In this document: in pieces, positions 11,201 to 22,800 of the stretch
How the letters are laid out: each line of letters starts with the position of its first letter
Position numbering within the stretch: position 1 is the stretch's first letter
Assembly (NCBI GenBank): GCA_000165345.1
Contig: CM000430.1
Location: 512,001 to 576,000 of the forward strand
Direction of reading: 5' to 3'
DNA: 64,000 bases
Program-made: the position numbers and the translations under genes
The notes under the pieces: model-generated
What the model saw: only the letters and a program-made list of their open reading frames with translations
Told to the model about the DNA's origin: nothing
The model's database searches: none

Positions 11201-14200
11201 TTACATGGCCTCCCCAAATTCCTAATAAATAAGGCCCGTTATATTCAGGCATATTTTATTAATGCTTTTGACAGAGTTCTTCAATTTGATCTTTCACTCC
11301 GCCTTGCAGATATTGTTTATTCACTCACAAACTGCGCAGGAGATGACAAAAAATTAGTAGAATTGCTTAGAGAACGAATTTCTATTCAAAATGGTCAGGA
11401 CTTCGTTAATGACAATGTAGTAAGCGAGATTTATAATTCTTGCATGTCCTTCAGTTTTTATAAGTATCTCCTAAAAGGTGCATTATCAGAAGAACAAGCA
11501 TTTGCAGCGCCGAGAGTGTTTTACAAACCTAAATTTGGGTGGAGATTCTTTCCTCCAAATGTACCAGACTTTTCAAGGCTTTTGGTGTTGAGTAAAGCTT
11601 TCAAAGTTGAAAGTGGAAATAATGAATTTGATCGAGATCCACATAAATTATTAGATGAAACAAATTCTAATGAAATAGTTGTTAGACCATATACATGGAA
11701 AACTTTAAAAGGGATTTATGAACAGAAAAAACTGGAAATTTGGCAACTTAATAGGGCAATATCTATGTGCGCATATTTTAATCATTGGATTTCATATAAA
11801 TTCTCAACAAAGAATTCGAGAGATCTTCAAGTATCAAATTGTATAAATGCAATATATCGTTTGAAAAGCATAAATAAGAGTCAATCACAATCAGAAATAT
11901 CGCAAGTTTTTTTAAGGTACTTAGGAGTACCTTTTATTAAGGAAAATGATTTTAATGAGATGCTTTCAGCATTCACTTCATTCGAATGCGTGGGTAAACC
12001 GAACAGTATGAGCACTAGACAATGGCTAATGAACTTATATAGGATTCCTCAAATTCAAGAAAATAATAAAAATTCTCTTTCAGAAGAATTTGAATCACTA
12101 AGATTTCACATACCACCTGTCTTTGGTGAGCAAAAAACTATTTTTGAGCATGGACAGCCCCAGATCACCAGTATTAATGCGGATATTCCGGAAATATATA
12201 TTCCAATGGATCTAGATTCTGATTCGCTTAATAATTTGAGGGAGTTATTTGAAAAGTTTACTTATCGTTATTTAAGTAGGGTTGGGATAATGGTTGAAAC
12301 TGAACTTGAAGCTCTAAACTTTTCAATGGTAGATGTGTTTAAGATTGCAAGAGATAGAAAATTATCATTTTCTGAGGCACTACAGCAACATGTTTCTGAT
12401 ATTGGGGGTAATATTCAAAAGAATGTTTTTAAGAAACTCTCAGCAGCATTCTTTAGATTTATTCTTTTAAAGTTTGCAAGTAGCAACGAAGAACCATTTG
12501 TACAGATACTGAGACGAATTTCCATAAGTAGAGTAATTACTGATGTAGGAAAGCTCCCATTTGATATTCCCTTGGGTATAGTTTCGGGGAAACTCGATCT
12601 AGATCTTCCATACAATTCCCACTCTTTTGGAGAAGTAAATTTTGCAAGATTGGTAGTTGCATATATGAATGAATATTTGATAGAACTTTTTGATCTTAGA
12701 AATAAAATTTTATCCGATGGAACCGTCGAAAAAAATGTTCTTAAAGAATTTCCAGGGTTTGTTAAAGAGAATTGTGTTGCAAAAAGTATGGATGTCATTA
12801 GAAAAGGGGGGATTGATCTTCAGAATGCATTAGATCAGTCTTGTTCATCCGAATTATCTTGGATGAGTATGAAAGTTCTGAGAATGTTGGTATCTGGGCT
12901 AATGACGTACTGTAAACTTAATTTTAGAGGATTTCCAATTGAGAAAAATGGAAGAAGCATTTTAGATTTTTCCAGGGAAAATTTAAATTCCCCTATAGTA
13001 TTGTTTGACAAATACTTCAAAACTTGGACAATGCAAAATGCAAGGAAAAATACAAGAGAAGGCGAAGATTTTGGGTCTAAATTTTCTACATTGGAATCCA
13101 TAGGGATTGTGGATCAAATGACAGGAACAATTATTTCCTCAAATTTCAATTTCTGTAGTGAAATGAATACATCCCAGATAAATAGACTACTGATTAAGCT
13201 TCAATATTACAAACATTGTATTTCTGAGAATGCAATTTCAAATATTGAAGTTGATCGACTATTGGATTTGAATATTTGGTGTCTTGCTTTACGACAAAAA
13301 GTACCAGATATGAAAAAAACATATTCGAATATGTTGTTCACTTATTTTGGAATTCGCGGAGCAGTTAAAGAGAGTTTCGAGATTCTTGAGGACTCATTTG
13401 AATTTGTAGAAGAATCTTTGTTAGGAAAAAACTCTTTGGTATCTATTAGGCAGTGGGCCCAAGATTTTTATTCGTCACATTCTAAACCATTTTCTCAATT
13501 TAACTCACTTGTAAAATCTGATAAGTTATTTTGTCCAAGAGTAATTACTGAAGATGAATTGCACCAATTTCAAATTGTTCAGAAAGATAACATATTTAAT
13601 CGTGTAGAAGCATTTCAAGGATTTTCAGAGATTTTCTTAAGAGAGAAATATGGAATAATTTTTGAATCAAGACCAATAATTGCAGCGCTTTTAGTAGATG
13701 GATTCTCCATTATTAAACCATCCAACTCTAATATAGCATTAATAAGGTCTATGATACCTATTGCGTCTGAAGAAATTGTAAATTCATTAATTGGAGCATT
13801 TAATTCTTTCGAAGCAAATTTATTAAAAGGTGGTTTGACTTCTCTACAAGATTTGTATAAAAATCCAATTTGTGAACGTTCTCAAGGAAATTGGCATTTT
13901 CATGTTGAATTGGAAACAATAAACAGGGCTGATGTGCTAATAAATTCAAAGTTAATCTTTTCCGAATTAGAAATTAACAGATTTCAAAATATTGTAGCTT
14001 TTTTGAATACTGCTTTGAATTTTAAGTATTCAGAAAAAATGTTGGGATCTTATATTTCGTTTAAACATATTGCTACATTATTTAAGGCAGAAATAGACCT
14101 TTCTTCTTTTGCACATATTATTAATTATTTCCATAGAACTTTGCAGGATGATTTAAGTTTTTCACCTTGGCTTACCGTGAAGGCACTAAAAGGTATTTTC

Positions 14201-15208
14201 CAGTCCTTCATTTCTTGGGAAAGGATTGAAATCTTCAAAGTCTCGCCAACGCACTCAAAAAATTTTGGATTAGTGGTTTCTAGTGCTGATATGGCTAAGT
14301 ACAACAATTCTCCAGTGGGATTGATCAATGGAAAATGGCATTGGTATACTTGGTGTAAAAGGCCAGACTTTAATTTAATACATCGTGAAGTTTTAGGAGA
14401 CGAAGTTGTACATGTTTTGACACCCCAAGAAAGAAGTTTATATGGGATTCCCAGAATTAAACATAAATTTGAGATTGCTACTTTATTTATTCAATATTTT
14501 CTACAAGATGTATTGAATATTCTTATACCATTTAAACCGGATGTTACAATGAAGATATTTAAGGGGGAAACAAACTTATCACCTGATTCAGTTGAGTTTT
14601 TAAGAAAAATATGGGAACATTATAAAAACTCTTTTATTTATAAAGGTTCCTTACCTAAGCACGATTTATTCCACAACCCAATAATCAATGTTGTAAATAA
14701 ACAAAGATTCTTCCCAGCTGCTGCAATTCCTCGATTTGATAATTTTGATACAACTCTTATTCCACCTTCCCTAATAGAAATAGAAAATCTCTATCCTGGA
14801 ATTGTTCTTGGTTCAAAGTTTGAAATAAACAGACTGATTACTATTTGCGCATTCATAAATCTAAGCTTTGAAATTTTTATTGATGATTCAACAGAAAAAG
14901 ATGATATTATTACGCCAATAGGTTTATATGATATATTAAAGGACAAGATGAATATTTTAATTATTGAAAAACAAGACGAAATTACAGGTTTGTTTAGGCA
15001 ATGGCAATTTTATTCAGGTAGTCAAGAAAAAGCATCGCATTTAAAGATTACATTACTTAATTATAATAATTTTGAAAAGTCTATGTTGGACAGAGGATGG
15101 GATTTTTCGAAATTATATCGAAAACCTATAGTTTTTTCAGTCCAAAATGGTTATAAGATGAACTTTAATTTGAAAAGTTATATACCTAAAGTTAAGAACA
15201 GAATGTAA
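8249..15208 (+). CDS. Giant hypothetical protein of 2319 aa with an N-terminal hydrophobic signal-like segment and no recognisable domains.
   Basis: It is an uninterrupted 6.96 kb ORF with an ATG start. The N-terminus reads MKFKCKKDYLSIIFLWICFFS. A random ORF of this length is impossible at 70% AT. Confidence 0.75.
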   Translation: MKFKCKKDYLSIIFLWICFFSRNEIFVRSNNYYLGENYDSPFTKDEPNPLINHLNYVPFYGMTGISPGYENPAMIPMDPNQFNQPVTSLGKQLASELKSIQLGNGHLVPDINVNLESRASLGQDILKVKKINPKKKIKSKSKSETSERKPLINSSSLISYREYFLPVPEEVGKGVKLNESCLFSPTPMKISKKDSYWRKTDDSKAVNRFEVSSPVFTDENPFRTSSECLNLFDEAFNAYRKKELLISPERFVSLTRQVAMQLRDSLLNFKYVVSTEDSCLAMRMMLFLPHQLRNTLNCKSAIIASLRDPEEITNFELLDQLDENTESKFKDISFVCKNTFKFNEPNSSLISTQIFKPSEMAKFFRLDLTVKNLQFFHRLSIPHRKAALKVQESYQKHTKDILLYDIAASIIFLLNELHATDQSIEQCSVIVFACVSMQNGETSNLNQMTAEQICKELGIELILKKHNVKYSSLIFFQLLKKQTHDKSIFGRVSTSSYTLPSGKIFLPYSKYGYPKISSNLEIWASVGKVFSDGTVSSFIIPACTGLPASEFNRFIFLNTMIERYLTISGLGQFKLTVEDICMIAKYYLAYKKHLRNEMGNQISTEDTIPLAIFKVAQRLNLDIFTISACREIYREFSEEEEAMLKKTVGNRKEDKLESIYSKPPFSYNSNIILRHQPKINEKQYANTWCLFQKDDACSHLKHFVLNRMVLFVAYVLEFWRKSRTSEKMPFKSITEICIGFSGDYLNFRPKASDFKLFTEDWLFQKDEQTLYSNTLDLLWNNFLIFENSAFPKNSEETESDYLQRIYNNALVPEPLFVHDWKNIELPIRMDIAEFTKLLPHVQKSVEIFSTLDDITLNHVTLVRAFLESFFEETYQFPVIISEKDILLLLERRELEKKPLDELFFEIMSSKSDWSWIKHETSSHAILRLLEYLKTVKKSVEESIKRTPTKSDIYSAPRAVLAHGKWLIKAPYPVFYPSTPLQKRALHGLPKFLINKARYIQAYFINAFDRVLQFDLSLRLADIVYSLTNCAGDDKKLVELLRERISIQNGQDFVNDNVVSEIYNSCMSFSFYKYLLKGALSEEQAFAAPRVFYKPKFGWRFFPPNVPDFSRLLVLSKAFKVESGNNEFDRDPHKLLDETNSNEIVVRPYTWKTLKGIYEQKKLEIWQLNRAISMCAYFNHWISYKFSTKNSRDLQVSNCINAIYRLKSINKSQSQSEISQVFLRYLGVPFIKENDFNEMLSAFTSFECVGKPNSMSTRQWLMNLYRIPQIQENNKNSLSEEFESLRFHIPPVFGEQKTIFEHGQPQITSINADIPEIYIPMDLDSDSLNNLRELFEKFTYRYLSRVGIMVETELEALNFSMVDVFKIARDRKLSFSEALQQHVSDIGGNIQKNVFKKLSAAFFRFILLKFASSNEEPFVQILRRISISRVITDVGKLPFDIPLGIVSGKLDLDLPYNSHSFGEVNFARLVVAYMNEYLIELFDLRNKILSDGTVEKNVLKEFPGFVKENCVAKSMDVIRKGGIDLQNALDQSCSSELSWMSMKVLRMLVSGLMTYCKLNFRGFPIEKNGRSILDFSRENLNSPIVLFDKYFKTWTMQNARKNTREGEDFGSKFSTLESIGIVDQMTGTIISSNFNFCSEMNTSQINRLLIKLQYYKHCISENAISNIEVDRLLDLNIWCLALRQKVPDMKKTYSNMLFTYFGIRGAVKESFEILEDSFEFVEESLLGKNSLVSIRQWAQDFYSSHSKPFSQFNSLVKSDKLFCPRVITEDELHQFQIVQKDNIFNRVEAFQGFSEIFLREKYGIIFESRPIIAALLVDGFSIIKPSNSNIALIRSMIPIASEEIVNSLIGAFNSFEANLLKGGLTSLQDLYKNPICERSQGNWHFHVELETINRADVLINSKLIFSELEINRFQNIVAFLNTALNFKYSEKMLGSYISFKHIATLFKAEIDLSSFAHIINYFHRTLQDDLSFSPWLTVKALKGIFQSFISWERIEIFKVSPTHSKNFGLVVSSADMAKYNNSPVGLINGKWHWYTWCKRPDFNLIHREVLGDEVVHVLTPQERSLYGIPRIKHKFEIATLFIQYFLQDVLNILIPFKPDVTMKIFKGETNLSPDSVEFLRKIWEHYKNSFIYKGSLPKHDLFHNPIINVVNKQRFFPAAAIPRFDNFDTTLIPPSLIEIENLYPGIVLGSKFEINRLITICAFINLSFEIFIDDSTEKDDIITPIGLYDILKDKMNILIIEKQDEITGLFRQWQFYSGSQEKASHLKITLLNYNNFEKSMLDRGWDFSKLYRKPIVFSVQNGYKMNFNLKSYIPKVKNRM

Positions 15209-15434
15209 ATCAACTATAAAACCTTATAAATTTTTTCTCATTGTTTTTTTTTTATCTTAATTTTTTTTTTCGGGGTTGTTCATTTGTTATTTTAGTAATT
15301 TTTTGACCCACTTATTGATAATTTATTTGAAGATACATTTTAGTTATTAAATTCAATAATTTCTGAAATTGAGATAAGAATTGAATAAATATCTTAATAG
15401 CCTGGAATGTAAATTTTTTAGGGAAATGGAAGAT

Positions 15435-16618
15435 TTATTCCACATTAATGCCTGATAATTTTTCCAATTTGTTTCTCAATGAAATTTGATTTGATTTTTT
15501 GATATTTTTTTCCCATTCCTCCCAATTTTTATTTTTTGGGGTGTTTGATTCATCTAAAATTGCAGAATTATTATCCATATAATTAAAATCCGTGGGGGCA
15601 TTCAAAAAAGATTCATTTGTAAACTGAATCATCTAATTTGATTAATAATATGTAAATTAAAAAATACTTTGTGATTAAACTTACCGAAACATTTATATCA
15701 GTATGATTCGTAGTAAGTCCTAAATATTGTTCTCTAGTACTAAAAATTTTTCTAGTTGCATTGACCAAATTTTCTGGATTTCTAGGGATTTCCCAAAGCC
15801 CATAATGTTGGAGATTTATCAAATTTTGTCTCATTCTGGCATAATTCCTTCTTTTTAGAGATAACAAAGGATATTTATCCATAATTGCTAGATAAATCTA
15901 ATGCAATAGTTAAATTAAAAATTATAAATAAATTTACACTTACATCATACGAAAACTTTGCTTCACTAGAATTGGACGTTTTGTTCATATTAATTTCAAA
16001 ATCAACAATTTCAGAACTTTCTGATTCAGTAGTTATTTCAGATGATTCATTAAATTTTCCAAATACCCCAGTTTCATTTTTTATTTTAACAAGTTCATCT
16101 TCACTTAATTCAAATTGGGTACAGCATTTGCAATTCTTTTTAGAATGATTTTTTTTGAATCTTGGAAACGTAAGGCACAAATCATTTGGGGAAAGATTTG
16201 GACAAGAAATAAAAGCACTTGAGTGTAGTTCAAAGCAGGAGGAATTGCAATTTTTTGGGCAAGAATGATTACATAAATTAGAATATGTGCAGGAACTTCC
16301 TTTACACCCTGAACAGGGGCTCAAGTTGTTCGAATAATTACAATTCGGCATGTCCAAATGCTTTCTTTTACTGTAACTTGATTGTTTTGTTGCACAATAA
16401 CATTTTTTTGAACAGCAAGCAATTTTACAGGTTTTTTCTTGATCATATGGTCCAACTGTGATTTTATTTCTATATGGGTTTACAAACCTTCGATGGACTC
16501 CAACCTGCATAAAACAAGAGATATGTTGATTTTCTCTTAAATTTACATAGGGAAAACTCTGAAAGATGTCAATATAAAAGAGAATTATACTTATAAAATT
16601 TTTTATTTTATGTATCAT
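15435..16618 (-). CDS. Spliced 3-exon gene encoding a cysteine-rich protein of about 361 aa. Exons are 16618..15944, 15897..15685 and 15632..15435; introns are 15943..15898 (46 nt) and 15684..15633 (52 nt).
   Basis: Three collinear minus-strand ORFs are joined by two GTAAGT...TTAG introns. Both introns are phase 0, both keep the frame, and each upstream ORF stops inside the intron. Exon 1 carries a Cys cluster (CKIACCSKKCYCATKQ ... CSGCKGSSC ... CNHSCPKNCNSSC). It may be a CXC-like or zinc-binding domain, but the assignment is unsure. Confidence 0.55.
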
Positions 16619-16661
16619 TTTTTATTTTCTTCAAATATTAAATCTAAATGCATGAACAATA

Positions 16662-16667
16662 GGCGCC
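16662..16667. promoter_or_regulatory. GGCGCC core about 45 bp upstream of the minus-strand ATG at 16618.
   Basis: Read directly from the sequence (aataGGCGCCtct). Confidence 0.3.
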
Positions 16668-16823
16668 TCTTTAAACAAAATCTTTAATATTGTAAATACA
16701 ATATTACTTAGTGTCAATCTGGTACATTAATACAAATAACAGTATAGAAAAATGAATTATATATTTATAATTATGCTATCTATAGGTTGAGACTAATACG
16801 GTCATTTGTTTGATAAATACCTT

Positions 16824-19800
16824 TTAAATGATTATTATAGTCGAGTTTTGAGAATAATTTCCTTGGTTAAACCCATCGTGAACTATGCTAGATCCTTCAA
16901 TATCAACATTATACTCCTTTGATCTAAGACTTATTGTGCCAAGAACGCCTTCTTGCCTAAGGGTTAGTTGGGTAACAACATCATAATTGGAATAATTTTT
17001 TAAGGGGAACTGACGCTTCCCTACAGTAACTCTATCTGGATAAATGGTAATTATTTCATTAGAAATAATATCAAATACTTGGTTATTATAGTAGAATTTA
17101 CCATTATTAACTTTGTATATAATACCATTAATGTTAACTTCTTGTATTGATCCTGGATTGTGAGATAACTTTACTACAACTTCTGTGAGAGAGGACTGAT
17201 AAGTTGTAATTAATCCGTATTCTCCAATAGAATTACAGCTACAAACTATTTTTCCCTGTTTGAATTTAGTTTCACAGCCATTTTGATACCAAGAACCATC
17301 TTTTCCCTTATATGTGCATTGGTAGCTTAAACGCTTACCCAAAACAACACTAGGAGTGTATTCTGGGCTAACAATAAAACTGATTTTGTTCTCAATCCCG
17401 TAAAGACGATATTCATAGCCGCATTTAGATATAAATACGTCATACACTTTTTGAAATACTCCATTAAAGCTTTTATCTTGCTGAATTTTATTGGCTAATT
17501 CAAAAAGATAATTATACAATGGAGGTTTAATAATAGTAAGGCCATATCTAGGATCATGGCAGTTAACGAATAAATTTCTTCCCCAAAATTCTTGGTAGTC
17601 AACATTCTCATGATGTAACTTAAAGTATATGTTCTTTATCAACGAAATATCAATATTTTCAAGTTTTTCATTACTAAGGTCAAGAGTAGGAATAACTAGT
17701 TCATTTCCAATAGCTGCACCGCTATGTAAATCTAAATTAGAAAATATTGAACTTTGAATTGATAATTTTGTCATTTTCCCCTTAATTTCTATCTGGCTAC
17801 CAAAGTCATTATTCATTGCCCATTGGTTAACTGAAAATGCTCCGAACAAATTAGTATCAGCTTCAATATTATTAAGTAGTCTTAATTCAACCAAGAAATC
17901 TAAAATATCTACAATAAGATTTTTAAAACCTTCAAAATATCCACATTCAGCCTTTAGTGCAATTCTAAATAACCTTTCAGGGTCAAACGAATGATCTGGT
18001 AATGTTTTATCAAAATTCATATAGCTAAATTCAAATAATCTCCAAAAAATGTATAGAATCATTGCTGAATTTCCTCCTGTTGTATCTTTATTATTAGGAT
18101 CTATTTCAATTAGTTTCTCTTGAAATTTTTTAATCTGATCTATCGTTAGGAAATCTAATTTCGCGGATAAGATCGATGCAATCATAAGTCTATCATTTAA
18201 AGTGCCAATTTTTTGATAGTTCAAAAAATATTCTAATAAATTAGAGTACTCTTCTTTAAGTTCATCTTCTTTCAGAAAAGCTTGCCCTACTTCCAAGATT
18301 TTCTTTGACTTTTGAAAAACGAAATAATTGCATTTTGAACTTGAGTTTTTTACGCAAAACATATTTCTTAAGTGTTTGTCAATCGCATCATTACTGAATT
18401 CTGAACAGTCTATCCCACAAAGTAACTCATTATCTTGGTTATGAATAATTAGATGTATTTTCCAAGATTCATAATTTGTGGGTAATCTTAAATATTGTGG
18501 AATATTTGATGTTAAAAAGGATAGTAGTAGCGCATTACTTTTGAATTTGTTATTTTGCTCATTATCTAAGCCATTTTCACTAACTGTTGCCAGTATTGAA
18601 TATTTCCAATTACTCATCCCAGCCAAGTTTGAAATCTTAAAGTTAATGGGAATTATTTCTCTAGGTCCTTTATTCTCAGTTGTCCCTTTAATTTTTATTA
18701 ACGAAAAATCGTGTTCAAAGAATAGATCCTCCCATACGTATGACACATAATCTCCAGAAGAAGCTAGATTATGAATATTGCTTCTTTTTACAATAATGTT
18801 CAATTTATTTTGATTTATTATTTCGTTAGAATTTTGCTTTATAACTAAAAGTATAACAGAAAGCCTGCCATCTCTTGGGTTGACATCGGTTTCAGTAATA
18901 TTTAATTTAATTGAAACAGCTATTAGATCATTTTGAATTGCTTGATCTTTTAAATTGTAAACACTGGGAGTAGTTTTTAATTGAACATATCCTGTGTTTT
19001 CAAAATAAGCGAAGGAAAGGAATTTAAGTCCTTGTACATTATCCCATTCATTCCCTCCAATGAATTTTATCTTTGCCAAGAGCAAACTCTCAGAGGCTTT
19101 AGAAATTATACTTGGAATCTTGTGCGGAATAATTTGTAGTGGTAATTCTTTATTAACCATAGAAAGATAGAAGTGCTTACACTCTATTGCATCTATAATT
19201 TTACTCTTTATTCCCACTGCAATGACCATATGGGTTAAACTTTCTTGTGGTATTAGACTAAGCTCAGTGTGGGTGGCATTACCTGAAAGTGTCGCATTTG
19301 ACTGTTGAAATGAACATGCTTGACCCCAATAGGATCCATCTGTTCTACATGCTGCTAATAGCCCTGTTGTAAGATCCTCAATTTGATTTTCATCTGAAGT
19401 TGCAGAGCAGTAGTATCGGATTTCTTGATCTTGAAATTGGAAATCAGCCTGATAACTTCTTGAAGCTCTACAAGAGGAACAACCCGTTTTGATAGAATCA
19501 CAATATCCACTCTGAGAAACAATCTGGTCGATAGTTTTAGAAGTACCAGTTTCAATTGTTATTTTTGGATGATTTTTTGAAACTATCGATGAAAAATAAG
19601 CATTAATACTTGGTTGGATTGTTTCGTTATGAAAAATTACCTTATCTTTCGAAGAAGCAAATGAGTTTTTAGTGGATACTTTGGTAACATTTATCATTGA
19701 TATTGGTTGTTCTAAGATATTTATGTCTAAGTTTTTTCTTGAAGTAGATTTTATGCAATCAAATGACCCACCTTTAATATATTCTTCATTCGTAATTGAA

Positions 19801-22800
19801 ATCCTACAGCTACCAATTGATGACAGTAATTCTGGGTTGAAGAAACTATCTTTACTAATTCCAAGGCCTTCGCTCATTTCGAATTCAATGCTTTTTAAAT
19901 AATTACTTGAGAAATAGTTATTCAAAAATGGAGGACAGTTTTCTAAAGAATTATATGGTATAGAATATGGAATAACGTGCTCAATAATAGATGATACTGG
20001 AACTTTTGATTTAGTTAATGCTCCAGGAAAATTGATTAGTTTGCTGGGAATATATGTTGTAGATAACTCCCCCATTTCAGAGGCTTGTTCCTTTGTGCTA
20101 GTTTCTATTGATGTAATAATATCAAAAGTAGAATATCCAAATAAATCAGGCAAATTGTTTCCTAGCCCTAATCTACTTAATTCGAGAGTTACGTTCAATA
20201 AAACTGTTACTCCAGCTACTCCATTTATTTGAGGAAGTTCATCTTGTTGATTTAGCGGTCTCCAAAATGATTGTTTTGTTGGAAGAACTGTTCTTTGAAT
20301 AATATTCGGCTTTACATAATATGTTAAATTTATGTTTTGTCCTAGTCTTGAAAAAGAGTAATCCATATATTGAAGTTCATTTTCAAATTTCGTACAAAAT
20401 TCTAAGCTTGAGTATGCAGAGTTTGGAATTATACATTTGAAATTCAGAGATAAGCTTTCATCTGGAACAAAATCAGGAATGTTTTTTAGCTGAATAATAA
20501 TTGGAAGGAAGTCATTACAATAGGTGGATAATTTAGGATTTGAAATTAACATATATGGTTGAAGTATATTGGGCCTAGATTTAGAAAATAATGGCTTAAG
20601 GTCTTTATCTGATAAAGTTGGGATATATGGAATTGGCTTTCCTTTTAAGCCGTAATATGTAATTGCAGAACAACCACACTTGAACTCAATTGTTTGGTTT
20701 GTGAAATGTTTAACCCTCTCTGTAGTGCATAGTTCATCTGAAAGTTCGGATTGATCTTGTTTCATTGCTGTACATTTTACTTCTGAATAATCCAGTTCTT
20801 CTTTATATTCTGCAAAGAAAGAAAGTTCAACATTATTTTCTAAATTCCAAATTTCATATTCCAAAGTGCATAATACGAAAGAAGTAAATGCCAGAGGAAA
20901 TTCTTCAATGTTTTCTAGGCTTTTTGTCACCAAGTAGTTACTAAGGTATCCGCCTGTTCTTATCACAGTTATTGTGTTAAAACTTTTCGCACAAAAATTA
21001 AAACCTTCAATTGCCAAGTTATTTTCATATAGTTTTTTGTTAACTCTGTAGTAAACTCCGTTATGGAATAGTATATCTTCGGGTTTGATACTTTTCATGT
21101 CAATTTTTGGGAAAGATATCCCACCTACTTTGACGCCTTTGTTCATATCGACTTGATTAAAGGTACTACTAAATACAATATTACCAGTCTTTTCAGTAAT
21201 TATGGAGTAGGTATCTTGAACTCCATGAGTATAGCTCTTTCTAGAAGCTACACCTTGGTAAATACTTAACAAAATTTTCAAATTTTCAGGGGATAACTCT
21301 GGAAGTGGGTTTGTAGCACCAATTAGATCTGTAGAATTTAAAACAAGGTTATCAAGTCCGTTAACTAAAAAGCACTCAACCAAAGTGTATATCCTTTGTA
21401 TTGAATTGAATGGTAGTGAAGTTTTAATATCAAGCCTTTCTCTATAGTAATGCTTGCTCAAGATTCTGTTTATTACAGCTAATGTTGTTGGTTGTGCAAA
21501 CGGATAGTCTTGGTTGAAAGATATATTATGTGAATCTATTGCAGTTTCATATATTAGCTGAAAATATTTTCCCCATACAAGTTCAAAAGTGGCTGGAAGA
21601 GAAAAAATGGCATTAACAAGGCTCATTGTATCGACATAAGAAAGATAAGAAATTGGATTTGTAACAACAGCTATTGCATCTTCTATTTGCGATTCAGAAA
21701 TGTCTGGTGATGTGGTCACAACTGTGTAGTTGCAAAGATTATAATCAAAAGGGTTATTTTCGACGAATTTGGGTAAACACCATTCGGCATAAGGACTTCT
21801 ACTCATATCTCCTTCACATTCCACAAAACAGCCCTGATCCCACTTATCCGCAGTTCTAGTAAATACGTACCATTTTGAATGGGTAGGGGGCAACCTAAGA
21901 CCAAATCTATTATGCTGGCCAGACAATACCATTTCAAAAATCTGGCTATCTGGGCTAAATACAGGTTTATTCAAAGCGATAGCAGAAAATAAAAATGGTG
22001 TTATTGTGAAGTTGTAATGATGGGTTACATTCACAGGGGTGTATAACGCATCAGATATTGATGTTTTACCAGGATGTGGTTCCAGAATATTCGAACTCTT
22101 AGCTAGAAATCCATTATTTACAAAGATCCATTGCGCATATTCATGCATACCTTCATCTGACCTATATACTCTGGGGTTTAGTTTCTCATATTCGTTCAAA
22201 CTTACAGCTTTTAATAGTTCAATGTTATTCTTCTCTACAATATCATTCACAAATATGAATGCCCTTAATACACAGTAAGTTGGACTTCCATAAAACTTAG
22301 ATAATACAAATGGAGGAATTTTCACAGATCCCCCAACTTTTCCACCAGAAATAAGCACATCTCCAAGCAATACACTTTCTGGCATTACTATCAAATCAAT
22401 ATTCTCAATTTCAGGGCACATTAGCCAAGATCGCAGTTTTAGTTGGGAGTTTTCAGTCCAAGTGTTATCGGGATAAACATCCATATAAAACTGATAAGAA
22501 AAGTTTCTGCTCATAAAAATCCCTGGGAGGATTCCTCCTGCATATGGGTCTGTATATGGTGTGATTTGGGTTAGTTGAATGGGCTGATAAATATCGGTGA
22601 CGATTGTGTAATAGTGCTGGAAATAATAATAAGTATTCATTGGAGAGCAACATGTATCATTTGAAAGAGTATTGTATATGAACATAGTATTGGTGTGATA
22701 TTCTCCTGCTTTAAACGTAAACTCTGTTGTATTCAATCCAACAGGAATCCATCTATCTGGAACAGATTTTAAGCATGATTGGAACCCACTGGCAATTTGA

